64,000 nucleotides of DNA. It comes from Moniliella sp. 'wahieum'. Taxonomy: Eukaryota. Where the stretch lies: the NCBI GenBank assembly GCA_003971905.1, contig RSEE01000076.1, positions 124,001 to 188,000 of the forward strand. The letters run 5' to 3'. The notes under the pieces are model-generated. The model had not been told where the DNA came from. It saw nothing but the letters and a program-made list of their open reading frames with translations, and made no database searches. Shown here piece after piece: positions 24,237 through 35,263 of this stretch (position 1 is the first letter of the stretch; each line of letters opens with the position of its first letter). The position numbers and the translations under genes are program-made.

Positions 24237-27200
24237 GAAACCAGGGGTCAAGCAGTGTTGGATTCTTTCTTACGCAAAAGGATGTGGATAATGTTGCGGC
24301 TGCCAGTGGGTTGTGTCCATTTGCCTGTGTTGCGACACGTGCACGCCCTACTTTGAAAACGGGAGAATCTCTGCAAGACATCAATAGTGATGCCCTGGTA
24401 TCAAGATGGTCCCTCATCTGTTGTGTCTTGGCCCTTGCGTGCCCGGTGGATTCTTGATGTGCCTGTAGTGGATGGAACCCAAACGTAGCGGGGGGGATCT
24501 TTGGACAGCACACATTGATAGAGTAGGGTGTCACGGTTGGTGACGGGGGGCACCAATGGCTTCCGTTTTCCGGATCAATTTCGGGGTTCTGGCGATACCG
24601 CATACTGCTGGCAGATTTTGTTTGTTGGGGGAGAGATGGTGATGGTTGTCCCTGTAGGAGAGTCCTCAGCTACTAGGTGAACAGGTGTTCTGTCGGAAGT
24701 GGGCTTGAACTGATGAGAGCTGGAGTCCGGGTGGTCGATCGTGATGCGATCTCACTATAGTGGTGGTGGTGGTCTGAGCCAACCAGCCTAGAGAGGAACA
24801 TCAAGCAGTGAGTCGCCACCATGAGCTAAAAACGTTGCGTAACAAGGAAAGCAGAAGAGAGAAACAATGGGACTCCGAGGCCTGAGGAGACCTGAATGGA
24901 CTTGGCCCAAAGCACGAGCCACGCGGTGGCTCAACGTCTTGATCTGTCTTCTGAGCGTGGCTCTGTCTCGTGTCGAAAGTAGTTCAGCTTGGCTCGCCTT
25001 TAGATGCTCATCACTTTCGTCTTAATCCATATAGACTGAGACCACTTCATTTCGTGATTGTCCCCCTCAGCACATTTCAGTCTCCAGGCTCTCGCTTGGA
25101 TCATCCCTAATCCTCATTCCTCCTCGTCTCACTTTGAGTCCTCGTTCCATCCCGCATACTCTCCCATATATCAAACCACACAAAGCGGCTTTCCTTCTGC
25201 CGTCCCGCCCCTAGTCCAGTTCACACATATAACCCTCCGCGCGGTATTATTCCAGCTAGTGCACATCCAAATTAGTTCACCCATGGGCGCAGAATTACCG
25301 GACGCACATGTTCCAAGAAAAATACTTATTCGTTTCTTCGAATCGGACTGTCAAGCGGTTTGCCACTGCATTTTGCTGCGACAAAAAAGAACGTGATGAA
25401 TTACGACAATGCACAGGATTGATGGTAGCGATTGTAAACGTATCTAGGTGGAATGTTGTTTCATTAAACCACCTATCTATCCCACCACCTCGCAATTATC
25501 CACAACGTGGCCAAGGGAAACGGGGCGCAAGAGTTAGGTCCCAAAAGCTACTGTCAGAATGACCTTACCGTTTCACACAATTGGGTCTGAGCGGTCTTTC
25601 CAAAAGTCTATACAAACCGTTGCATTCAACTACGCAAATGCAATGTTGCACGAGGAAAACCAATAGATGAGGGAAATCTGTTTCCATAAACACCTCGTGA
25701 GTGAATCTACATGCTTTTTTACCACCCGCCAGGGTGTCGCTGCTCAAGTATCAGAAGGGTACTGTGAGTGTGTGCACACTGGACACGCTATCGGATACAC
25801 TCCATATGAGCTGCAAAGAAGACGCGCACAGTTGTTTTTAAGGAAATGTACACCAACAGGATCTGAATTGGTACGTTGGGAATGTTAGCAAAGCGTCATT
25901 AATTCCATTAACGATGCAGGGACTCAAAGGTATTGCAACTAAAGAAAGGATAACGGCCAGCACGATGCCTGATACCTTGTTGAGTAGTACAGTGGTTTCC
26001 TTTTCCCGGGCAATTTGGTCCAATAATTAGTGCGACAATTTTAACGGCGCCATTCAGCACACATGAAATCACATTGATGACGAAACGGCCAGTCCATCTA
26101 GTAAATGCATTAGGGACAAAAACAAGGAGGGTGGTGCCTGGTCAAGTTAGGTATCACCAAACCCAATTGCTCTGTAATTCTCAAGTAGTCACAGGTCCGA
26201 TTGTCCGAAAGCCTTATGCGTGCAAACTATTCAACATGGGGATGATCTACCAAAGAGTAGGTTACGACTGGAGAAGCCCTCACATCGCGTTTACAGCAAC
26301 ATTCAGGTTTTTGGCATGCCAGAATCCGTTGGATAACTTCGTGACCGATTAAAACATTCCGAATGAAACCGGTATTACGAATCTGCCTGCAATCGTTAGA
26401 CGGAAAGGCGTTTTTTGCTCAGAGAATATGAACGTGTAAATGTCCTCATACGCTGCCCGAGGCAAACAGTAAGTCGGATTATCTTAACACGCGCGGAGGA
26501 ATGAGAGTATGATTTTTTCCCTAATGGGGTCTATTATCATCGTGCTTTGATCCTACCATGACAATATAATCACCACACAGCTCATTTACAAGGAGTCACT
26601 GTGCCGTCCTCATATCCAAAGGTGTGATGCACGTCATTTGTACAGAAATCCAAGGACGCGCTCACACTCTGGTCCCCCACCACCACACTACGCAGTTCTA
26701 CATATCTCCGCCCTGAGAGCATTTCCAAATGATGTGCAGCTAACTGGAGATGGTGTCGTAAAGCCATAAGATTGAAGGGAGAAGAAGAAGAACAAAATGG
26801 TGCTGCAGTCCCATTGGGTGCATGATAGCACTACATGCCCCTCCGCGATATCAAGGCCGGGTCTGTGGTTAGGGATCACTGCATTCACATGAAGAGTATT
26901 TAAGGAATTGGTGTTCACCCGTCTGAATTCTGAAGGGAAGATATTAGTACCTAGATATGAGTTAAGTACGCACTTGTCAAAGGCATATCGCTCGCGACAT
27001 CGGCATTTGCCAATGGAGACATCGTGTTTCAAAAAAGGATATATACTTTTCCAAAGGAAGCAGCGACGTTAACGAGAGTCGAGTGCATTAATGCACGAGC
27101 CTTGTCTCTCTTGCTTGTCATATATTTGTCATTGACGTTGTAATTGGACATGTTCCCTGTAGATCATTGTGGGCAATTCGTTCAATGCAGCTTGCAAAGC

Positions 27201-27457
27201 TCCTTTTGGTCTGTCTGTATTTACCCTTCCCTAAATTACCTTTGGGCTTTGTTCTTTGGCGTAAGCGAGTATTCGTTGAGCTCCATGTCAATCTGGTTGT
27301 CTGATATGGCCTCGCATTTGGTAATCGTATTTCCCACCGCATGCTTTTCTCAATCTTGGTAGCTGGCACGGAGAATCTGGGGCGTATACTTTCCACCTTT
27401 CTGCGTTTTACTTCCAGCTCCTGATTGATGTTTGAAAGGGTTCTCTTCTTGGGACTG

Positions 27458-27614
27458 TGTTTAAATCCGTGCTAGGACCGGTTGAGTTTTATTCATGCGA
27501 GTTGTTTTTTCGTCTCTCAGAACTAGCTCCCTGTTCCTGACGATTCAGTGACAGAAGCGTCTTAGGTACGACGTTCAGTGTTTGTATCCAGAGGTAATAG
27601 TGAGCGTGGCGACC
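27458..27614 (+). mobile_element. Old, diverged LTR of the Copia B family
   Basis: TGTTTAAATCCGTGCTAGGACCG vs the LTR start TGTTGACATCCGTCCTAGGACCG; GACGATTCAGTGACAGAAGCGTCTTAGGTACGACGTTCAGTG vs GACGAGTCAGTCGCAGAAGCTTCTTAGTCCAATACGACGTTCAGTG. Confidence 0.75.
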
Positions 27615-27662
27615 TCATTTAGTCCCTAATTCCGTTTGTTTTCGCGCTTACTGATCAGGTTC

Positions 27663-27821
27663 TGTTGACATCCGTCCTAGGACCGCGCGGACCTGAGTCA
27701 CGTGAGTCAGCTTTCATTCCTTCCGAGCTCGCACCAGTCTTCTGGACGAGTCAGTCGCAGAAGCTTCTTAGTCCAATACGACGTTCAGTGCTCACATTCT
27801 GTGGTAGTAGCGAGGCCGACA
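27663..27821 (+). mobile_element. Solo LTR of Copia B
   Basis: Reverse complement of 19410-19569 with one indel; TSD GGTTC at 27658-27662 and 27822-27826. Confidence 0.95.
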
Positions 27822-30800
27822 GGTTCAATGAACGTGTGGAGTCACTTCTCCTGTTCAAAGGGAGAAAGCAGATCGGGTCCCTTGTCTGAGATCCATTCAT
27901 GACACTGCTTATATACTATGGCATGATCTCGTCTTGTGACTATTTGCTGTCACGCGCGACGTGATAGAGGGTGGGGTGTGCCTCACAATAGGATGCATCG
28001 AGACATGATCATCCGGAAACTTTTCAGCTTAGTTAGAAGAAAGTCATCTTATAATTTTCTTGAGGCGCATAATACATTCTCATTTGTTCGAATGCTAAAA
28101 GAACCGCTTTCCTGTATTGGTGGTGTGTAGTTCAAGATATTCGGGCTCGCCTCGTCGCCCCCATTTCCGGACAACTATTATCATGGCAGCAACATCTTGC
28201 TTATGGGTCTACGCCTCGAACGAGATCGTCACTACTCAATGCAATCGACATCAGTGCCCAGATCACTTCGCTATGTCTACACCTGAGTCCTATTGGCTGA
28301 AATCGACGGGCTTCCCCACAGAATCTTGTTGAATTGAAGTCAGGCATTTCAGTAGTCACCACGATCTCCTGCTGCTCCCAAAAAAAACTTACACATTAGA
28401 GATCCATGGTATCACGTTTATCAGGGTATAGCGGCCCTATCCCTGGCCTCAGGATTACCAAAAGCCCTCCACTGTGAGATTAATCTCATGGACCCTACTA
28501 TCATCAGCGGACCCCAGCGAAAGGGATTACCCAGGGGTGTTAGTGGTATAATCAATCCATGAGAGGGAGAAGACGACTCACAATGTTTTTTGTTGAACAT
28601 AATGGCCGTAGATCCTAGCGGATCTAGGAACCAGGAAAGGCTGCTTGACGCCTAGTCGAGATGGGTGCAAGGTGTGGCACGGCTGCGGTGCACTGTCTTG
28701 GGTGGCAGGAGCATGTCTGAAGCCTTCGGGCTGGCAGAGTGTGTGACAGAGGTCAAACACTGCCATGGCTGTATCTGAGCTGGGACTGGGGGCGGCGTGA
28801 CTGGAAGCGGGATCACACGCGGCTGAACTGAGCTGGGCTTCAATCGACATGGCATATGGGTAGAACACACGAACTGTGTTGACTCACTGAGGGACGGAGA
28901 AGTGAAAACGGGATCTGGAGACGAGGTCGGGAAGCGGAGGAGCAACTAATAAGAGAAGGAGTTGCCTGTAGGCTGGGTTGATCAAATTGGCGAGGAGGAA
29001 GTAGTCGTAGACGCCAATAAAGGGCTGTGGGGAAACCCACGAACCCTTGATAACAGATAAGGACTAATAGGGAAGCAATGCAATAGAGGAATAATGGGTA
29101 ACAGAGGAAGAGAGGGGATGCGCGGTTGCACGGTTGCCGGACGGGCGACCTAGAAAAAGCCTGGTATGGGAAAGGGCGACCATCGTCGCAAAGGAAGATA
29201 CTCTGATAATTGGGTGGCCACGTGGTGGCTACCAATTCACTTGGGCGAAAGCGGCTATTGTCGCATGAATACGTAGAACTGCCGCGCTTGCCAGCCACAA
29301 TCCGATTGAGTTGAATCTGGGAGCTCGTTCTACTGGAGAGCAGAGGGACATACAAGGGATTGTGGAGCAGTTGCACTCCTATAGCAGTACTAGGAAGACT
29401 GTTCCCGAGAGGTGAACACGGATCAGAAACAAATGGGCCAGCTGATCGCTATCGCCAACGGGGCCGAAAAGTGGGCAAGGGACAGAAAACATAAGCAGGC
29501 ACAAAGGCATATGTCGTCACCACTGATGGAACCGCAGAAGAGTCGATACCTCCGTTAGCTGCCGGATATATCTGTATTCACGGCTGCGGGGTGCGTCTGG
29601 GATGATCCCAGATTCCCGGCACTCTTCGTAGCTTTAGAGTCACATATGAGGGCTGCATTTTGCATACAATTGTCCCAATCGCTCTCTATAATAGATCGTT
29701 TACCTTACCCTTATGCATTTGCCCTAGGGGTATATCTGCAAAATTCGCATGCGTTCATTTCCCGATATCTGGTTGAATCCTATGAGTCCACATCACTCTC
29801 TATTCCCACGGTATAGGGGCCGCGACAAGTGGTTCCTATTCCAAGTGTTCCAAGTGGTTTTTTTCGTTCGATCAAATGCATTTTTTAGGTATATTTTGGG
29901 TGGGTTAGCGTATCCATTCTGACCTGCGGCCACATCAACTTTCGCCATCGCGGCCGTAAACGTTGCTTCAAACCTGATGCCCCTTCAGCAGCCAGGACCA
30001 CACATCCACCATCTTTCGTGTGGCCACCTTCTCCTCCAAAGCAATGGGTTAGGTTCGGGGCAAGTAATAACCAGTGTAAGCATAGAAACGTACCACCAAA
30101 TCGAAAATGCGACGACGCATGGTCGACCAAGTCGGCTTCAGGAACACCGTCAACAGAACTTGGACAAACTTTTTGTCGCATATGGGCCAGGAGGTGTCCC
30201 AGGTCAAAATTGACCCCTTCGAAACCTCGAGGGGAACAAGCCTGTTGCCGACGGAAAACCAAAACTCAAATCATTGTTGTTAATAGCCGATCCTGCTTCG
30301 GGGTGCAGACAAACCCATCCCACGCCCCTTTGTACCATTTCCGTCCGTGGCGATCCCTTCATACAAGAGAAAATGTCAGTACAGTACAAAGTAATCCTGG
30401 GGTGCGCAGCGAGGGCTGATGGTCCTGACCTTTTTGTGCTCCAGCAAGTGTTCGAAATACTGGGTGGGTTGGACATGGTAAAGCTTCTGGCCAGCGATTC
30501 CAGCTTCGCATTGTTTGACAAAAAAGAGCACCCGAAGAGTCTTGATCTGGCATAGATTTTCCTCGCTGAGTGATGCATGTTGCCCTTGTAACGAGGGGAT
30601 CGATGAAATGTGGATCCCATCCTCCGGCAAAAGGGCCAGATAAGAGGGGGAATGCCAGCAAAGTCCTGATTAACGAAACTCTCTTCGTCAGCGTCCATTG
30701 TGCGGGGGAACAAAAAAGTGTCAGCGTCAAGATCCAGCGCATCTTCATCATTGTTCGTCGTCGTCGTCTTCTGGTTCAATTGACCCCGCATAATCTCATC

Positions 30801-31536
30801 TCACGAACAAACACGGGAACCAGGGGGGGAGGAGGACTACGTAACTCTTCTCGGTTCGTACTCCTCTCTTCCCTCTCCGCCGTCGGAGTCGCCGTCGGAA
30901 TCGCTGTTGACCCCACTGTGCCACCAGATGGTTCCTCAGGGACGGTTCGTCACCTTCGAACTAAGCAGTCTCCACCACGGGCTCCGGCTCATGGTGATAC
31001 GTCGTGTGTTCCTCGGCCGGCGAGCGGCGTTGTCGGTACGAGATGCCTGGGACGTCTTGATGGTGCGGAAGGGAGAGAGGCATTGTAGAATGGCAGTACT
31101 GGCTCAACAGAAAGATGGTGGCGGGAAAGGTGGTGGGCGGGGGCATGGTTCGCGTAAAAGTGATCCGGCTGTTTGGTCGCTTCACCACCAGGGGTCGTAC
31201 AGGGATCGTGCTGAGATTTGCGGAGCGAGAATTGACCGTACCGTCTCAAATTGAGGCGGGGGCCGCTGTTTCAGCGATCATCCTGCATCACCCCAAAACA
31301 GAAGCATGGTGCGGGAGAGCATGCTGTGTGCTTGCGACGTGAGGCGGCTGAAGCCCGTGCGGGGCAGGGTCGCTCGCACGAAGCATGTTAAAAGTACGTT
31401 AAACGTTAACTGGTCACCGGTCACTGGTAGCCGTACGGTAACCTCAGCCTTCGGGCTGCGGCTGGGCGCTCGCTGAGCGCCCAGCCCTGCAAAATAAGAC
31501 CGGCATACTGCCTGGCATGGGAGAAATAGGTAAACG

Positions 31537-32160
31537 GACAGACAGTTCACGTTGAGCCATCGGGTGGCTCGTGCTTTGGCCAATGTCCCTTCGCTCCTCC
31601 TCAGGCCTGGGAGTTCTGTTGTTTTCTCTTCCTGTTTTCCTTGTTCCGTTGCTTAGCTTAGCCCTGGTGGCGAATCGCTGCTTGCTGTTCCTTTGTAGGT
31701 GTTGCTGATTGGCTTAGACCACCACCACCACCAGTGCGATTGCATCACCCTCAAAGACCATCCACACTCCAGGTCTCATCAGTTCAAGCCACTTCCGGAC
31801 AGAGACACCTGTTCACCTAGCTGAACTCTCCTACAGCGACACCATCACCATCTCCCCAAGAAACAAAATCTGCCAGCCGCATGCGATATCGCCAGAACCT
31901 TCCCTCAATATGGCAAGGAAACAAGAGGGTGCAATTCCTTCGCCCCCCAGGTGCGCCGAATCTGATCGCTCAATGCTTGGCTGATATCAGGATCAAAGAA
32001 CGCCTAGTACGCTCCCTCCGCAAAACATTTGGCGATTCAATGGTTGCTCGAGGCTAACCGCGCGTGCATTGTCTGACAGGATATGTTACCTTCAAGCCAT
32101 CGGCATCTACCAAATTTTGATTTAAATCGTACTATTCGGCATGTTGCGCATCTCAACCAT
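31537..32160 (+). repeat. Diverged inverted duplicate of the segment that hosts elements A and C (about 11950-12012, 23567-23766 and 24585-24950)
   Basis: For example GGATATGTTACCTTCAAGCCATCGGCATC is the reverse complement of the joined flanks of A; ATCAGTTCAAGCCACTTCC and CACCTGTTCACCTAG match about 24675-24715 reversed. Confidence 0.85.
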
Positions 32161-32653
32161 GTCCTGGTGGAGTACGCATTGAAAATCCCTCCAAAGGGCC
32201 AGAGTAACCTCAATTTGCGCCTGGGACAACAAGCGAACACAGCGCAGCGCGAAGCCTACATACTGGCCCAAGTGATAGCTCAACGCCGCCAGGCTGCTGT
32301 GGGTGCGGCTCCTTCAGCATACCGCCAGGAGGGCGCGAGACGGCGTAGCCCATTACGTGGACCATACGCCCGTCCCACGCATCTGTTTTGGACGCTACCA
32401 ACGAGGATGAAGAGTCTGAATAGTAATGCCGCATCAACTGTGAAGCAGGTGTATGAACCATCAGCGACGAAGACAAAACTCTTTCTGTTGGGTATATAGT
32501 CGAGCACTGGAGCACCAGTGGCATTGATATTTAGTAGCTAGCATGCAAGCCATAATAACAGTGGAGGAGATGATGTCTGCCTTGTTCGCCTTCTACCTTT
32601 TTGGTTTGTGCTTTCAGCGGAGGCTCTCTGATCCTACAGCTGCTCCTATCGCA

Positions 32654-32802
32654 GCTCGATGGCGTAGTGGTAACGCGTCACTGACCAATCGGCGATGCCA
32701 TGGGTTCGATTCCATTCGAGCCTCTCTTTTCCTCATTATTTCCCCGGGCTGTGCCTTCTCACTATGGATATTTCCAAGCGGAGGCACTATACCGGCAAAT
32801 AG
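32654..32802 (+). mobile_element. tRNA-derived SINE-like element (tRNA-like head 32654-32721 plus a body of about 80 bp)
   Basis: A-box TGGCGTAGTGG, B-box GGTTCGATTCC, acceptor-like stem GCTCGA/TCGAGC, aberrant anticodon arm around CCA; the 3' part is repeated at 11829-11942. Confidence 0.65.
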
Positions 32803-33346
32803 ATGAATGCTACGAGGAAAACAACGTGCTTTAAACCCGAAGAGCCAGAACATGGAAATTTCTATACAAAGTCCGCAGCCGTGAAAGTCCTCTGCTCATC
32901 CCTAGCTGCGCTTGGATCCAACTAACCCAAGCCCGAAACTACCGTGAGTCGTCCTTCGGTCTTCCAAGGGCGGGTTGCACTCCACAAACCTGGTGGATCC
33001 CCTGACGGGGCCCGCCCTGACAGGGCTCGTGGGGAGGCACTCTTGCCTCCCCGGTAAAGAAGGACGGATATAGTGACTGTGTGAGCTATACTATCAGCTA
33101 TACTAGTTAACCTTCCTCCGATCGAGACTGCATTTGTTTTCGTTGATCGATTGTTCCAAAGAGCATACTGCATCAAGGGCCATGATAATGCTTGTTTTGT
33201 TGCTCTCGCTGCTGGATCTGTCCAGTGATTACTATAACTAGTGAGTAATTGACTCGTGACGATCGCTCGTGACGGGGTATGCCTTTGGCAGATGGTGGCA
33301 TTTTCGTTTGAGAGAAGGGCAGGGTCACAAGAGCCACTCAGTTTCA

Positions 33347-34736
33347 ATGTTCACGCGTGCCGGCCCACAGCCCCCCCCCCCCCACCTTATTGACGCGTTG
33401 CGCCCTGGCGATTATGTCATGGGTGAGGCTCTGCCAAAACACTGGCCTCGTGGCCGAGATGGGCGACTGCGGAGCTCGACGCAGCCCCCCCATCAAAGGC
33501 ACTCCGGCGACCAATACACCCCGCCCCACCACACCGGCATCCTGCCCTGGCCACAGCCATGGGTCTCTTCCACTCCGGCGCTCCCAAACGTTCTACACAT
33601 TCGCCTCCTGCTCCTCAGCAAGATGCACACCCCCCCGGCCTATTGTGTGGGCGACCCTGCCGCGGCGGTAGCCCCCTCTCCCTTCACCAAGGGCAGTTGG
33701 TCGAGGAGCCATCGTCGGGCCCCCTGTCGCCGGCAGGCCGGAACGGCCTGGCGAGCGGGATGGACTTCATTCATCTTCCCCCCCGTTGGACCGTCCCTAT
33801 TCTAACGCCTTCAGCGCTGCCACCCCCTCTTTGGTCTCGTCTCCAACAGGATACACACCTCAAGCCCCGGACACATCTCTCCCTCCGGTCCTGCCTCGCC
33901 CACAAGTCAATGGAGTGATCCCCGGCATCCCCCTGTTCCCCTACAGCAGCAACATAACACACCTGATTTACCACGCCCTGTAGGTGGGGTTTCAGGCAGA
34001 GCCACACGATCGATGCGGCAGCGAATACGGGCGGCAAGTACACAGAAGACCCATTGGATTTGCTCAAAGCGTTTGATACGGTCCTGATTGTTGATGACAG
34101 TGGCTCTATGCAGCTGCAGGACAAGAGGGGGGGTTGACGCGGTGGCAGGAAGCCAAAGATGCCCTAGCGGGTCTTGTGGCTTTGGTCAAGGACAAGGACC
34201 CTGACGGAGTGGATGTCCATTTTCTCAATGTCCCCCAGCACCTGCTCTCTTGTACTGATCCTGCGCGGTACGTGCACTGTTGATTCCATCTCCCCTGAAG
34301 GTGCGACTCCGACAGGGGCTAAGATCGAGGAGTTGATCATGGAATACCTGGATACGATTGAGTTGGTCAAGCAAAGCAAGGCGATTGGCAAGCCATTGCC
34401 GGAAGGATTGGTGGAGCCCCGCAAACGTAATTACCTTGTTCTTACCGATGTGTGCGGCGACCGACGAGGTTGAGGATGTGATTATTTCGATTGCCCGCCG
34501 TTTGGATCAGAACCATTTCCCTATTTCTCAGGTAGGTTTCTCTTTTATCCAAGTGGGGAACGATCCGGAGGCAACCGAATTTCTCCAAGAACTGGATGAT
34601 ACCATCTCTTCGTCCCAAGGGGTGAGGGATATCGTCGATACTACACCCTATAGGGATGGCCCTTTCGTACGACTTGATCGTCAAGGCCCTGCTTGGCGGG
34701 GTCAACCGTCGTTTTGACGGCGAACAAATTGAATGA
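33347..34736 (+). CDS. Fungal vWA-domain protein with a Pro-rich N-terminus (probable intron ending at 33983; indels)
   Basis: EDPLDLLKAFDTVLIVDDSGSM (MIDAS motif), DPDGVDVHFLN, GATPTGAKIEEL, NYLVLTD, FIQVGNDPEATEFLQELDD, RDIVDTTPY, ALLGGVNRRFD. Confidence 0.85.
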
Positions 34737-34859
34737 GCTTTCTCTCCTCTCCGTGCACTCATTCTCGCTTAGGTGCTGCTTGAACAGTGATTGGGATCAA
34801 CATGAATTGCGGAAATCTATTGCTGCCTCGTCTAACGCTTCTTCCAGGAAGGCTTGAGG

Positions 34860-35263
34860 TCACCCTGGATCGTACTCTCCATAACTCCAGTCCGTACGCG
34901 GGGGCGGGTCGCGGTCCCTGAGGAGCGAGAGAAGGGGAAGGAAGGAGAGGGCAGAGTCAGCGCGCAGGTACGCAGTCAAAACAAGAAAATAAAAGCACGT
35001 ACCACTTGGTGCCGTTCGGCGGTTGGAGGGATGTAAGGCGCCGGGTGTGGATCCTCTTGAGCTCCTCCTCGGCCTGGGCCAGAACATGAGCCAATGCACG
35101 TGGGTTGAGCACGTTGCGGTTGGCTTCGAAGCGGGCCCGAATGTCCAGCACGTCATAGCGCCAATTGAGCATGCTCCACCGAGGTCAAAAGCTTCTTGCA
35201 GTAACGCTTGTACAGCAGCTGCACGTACGCCTTGTGCGCCGCGCTGTACGCCGTTGTGGACAT
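34860..35263 (-). CDS. NDUFB9: NADH:ubiquinone oxidoreductase subunit B22/NDUFB9 (LYR family), with one intron and indels
   Basis: MSTTAYSAAHKAYVQLLYKRY...WRYDVLDIRARFEANRNVLNPRALAHVLAQAEEEL...PNGTKW | DRDPPP. Confidence 0.85.

Noticed and set aside
24700..24745. Hammerhead-like CTGATGA core
   Set aside because: No GAAA and no consistent stem III in either duplicate copy.
29885..31250. Minus-strand hypothetical gene (ORFs 30204-30791 and neighbours)
   Set aside because: Fragmentary with no recognisable motif; it cannot be supported without a homology search.
32654..32721. Functional tRNA-Trp gene
   Set aside because: The anticodon arm lacks a canonical 7-nt loop with U33 and the T-stem is imperfect; it fits a SINE head or pseudogene better.
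32930..33080. U1 snRNA (TTGCACTCC loop-like motif)
   Set aside because: No ATACTTACCTG 5' end, no stem-loop I motif and no Sm site.
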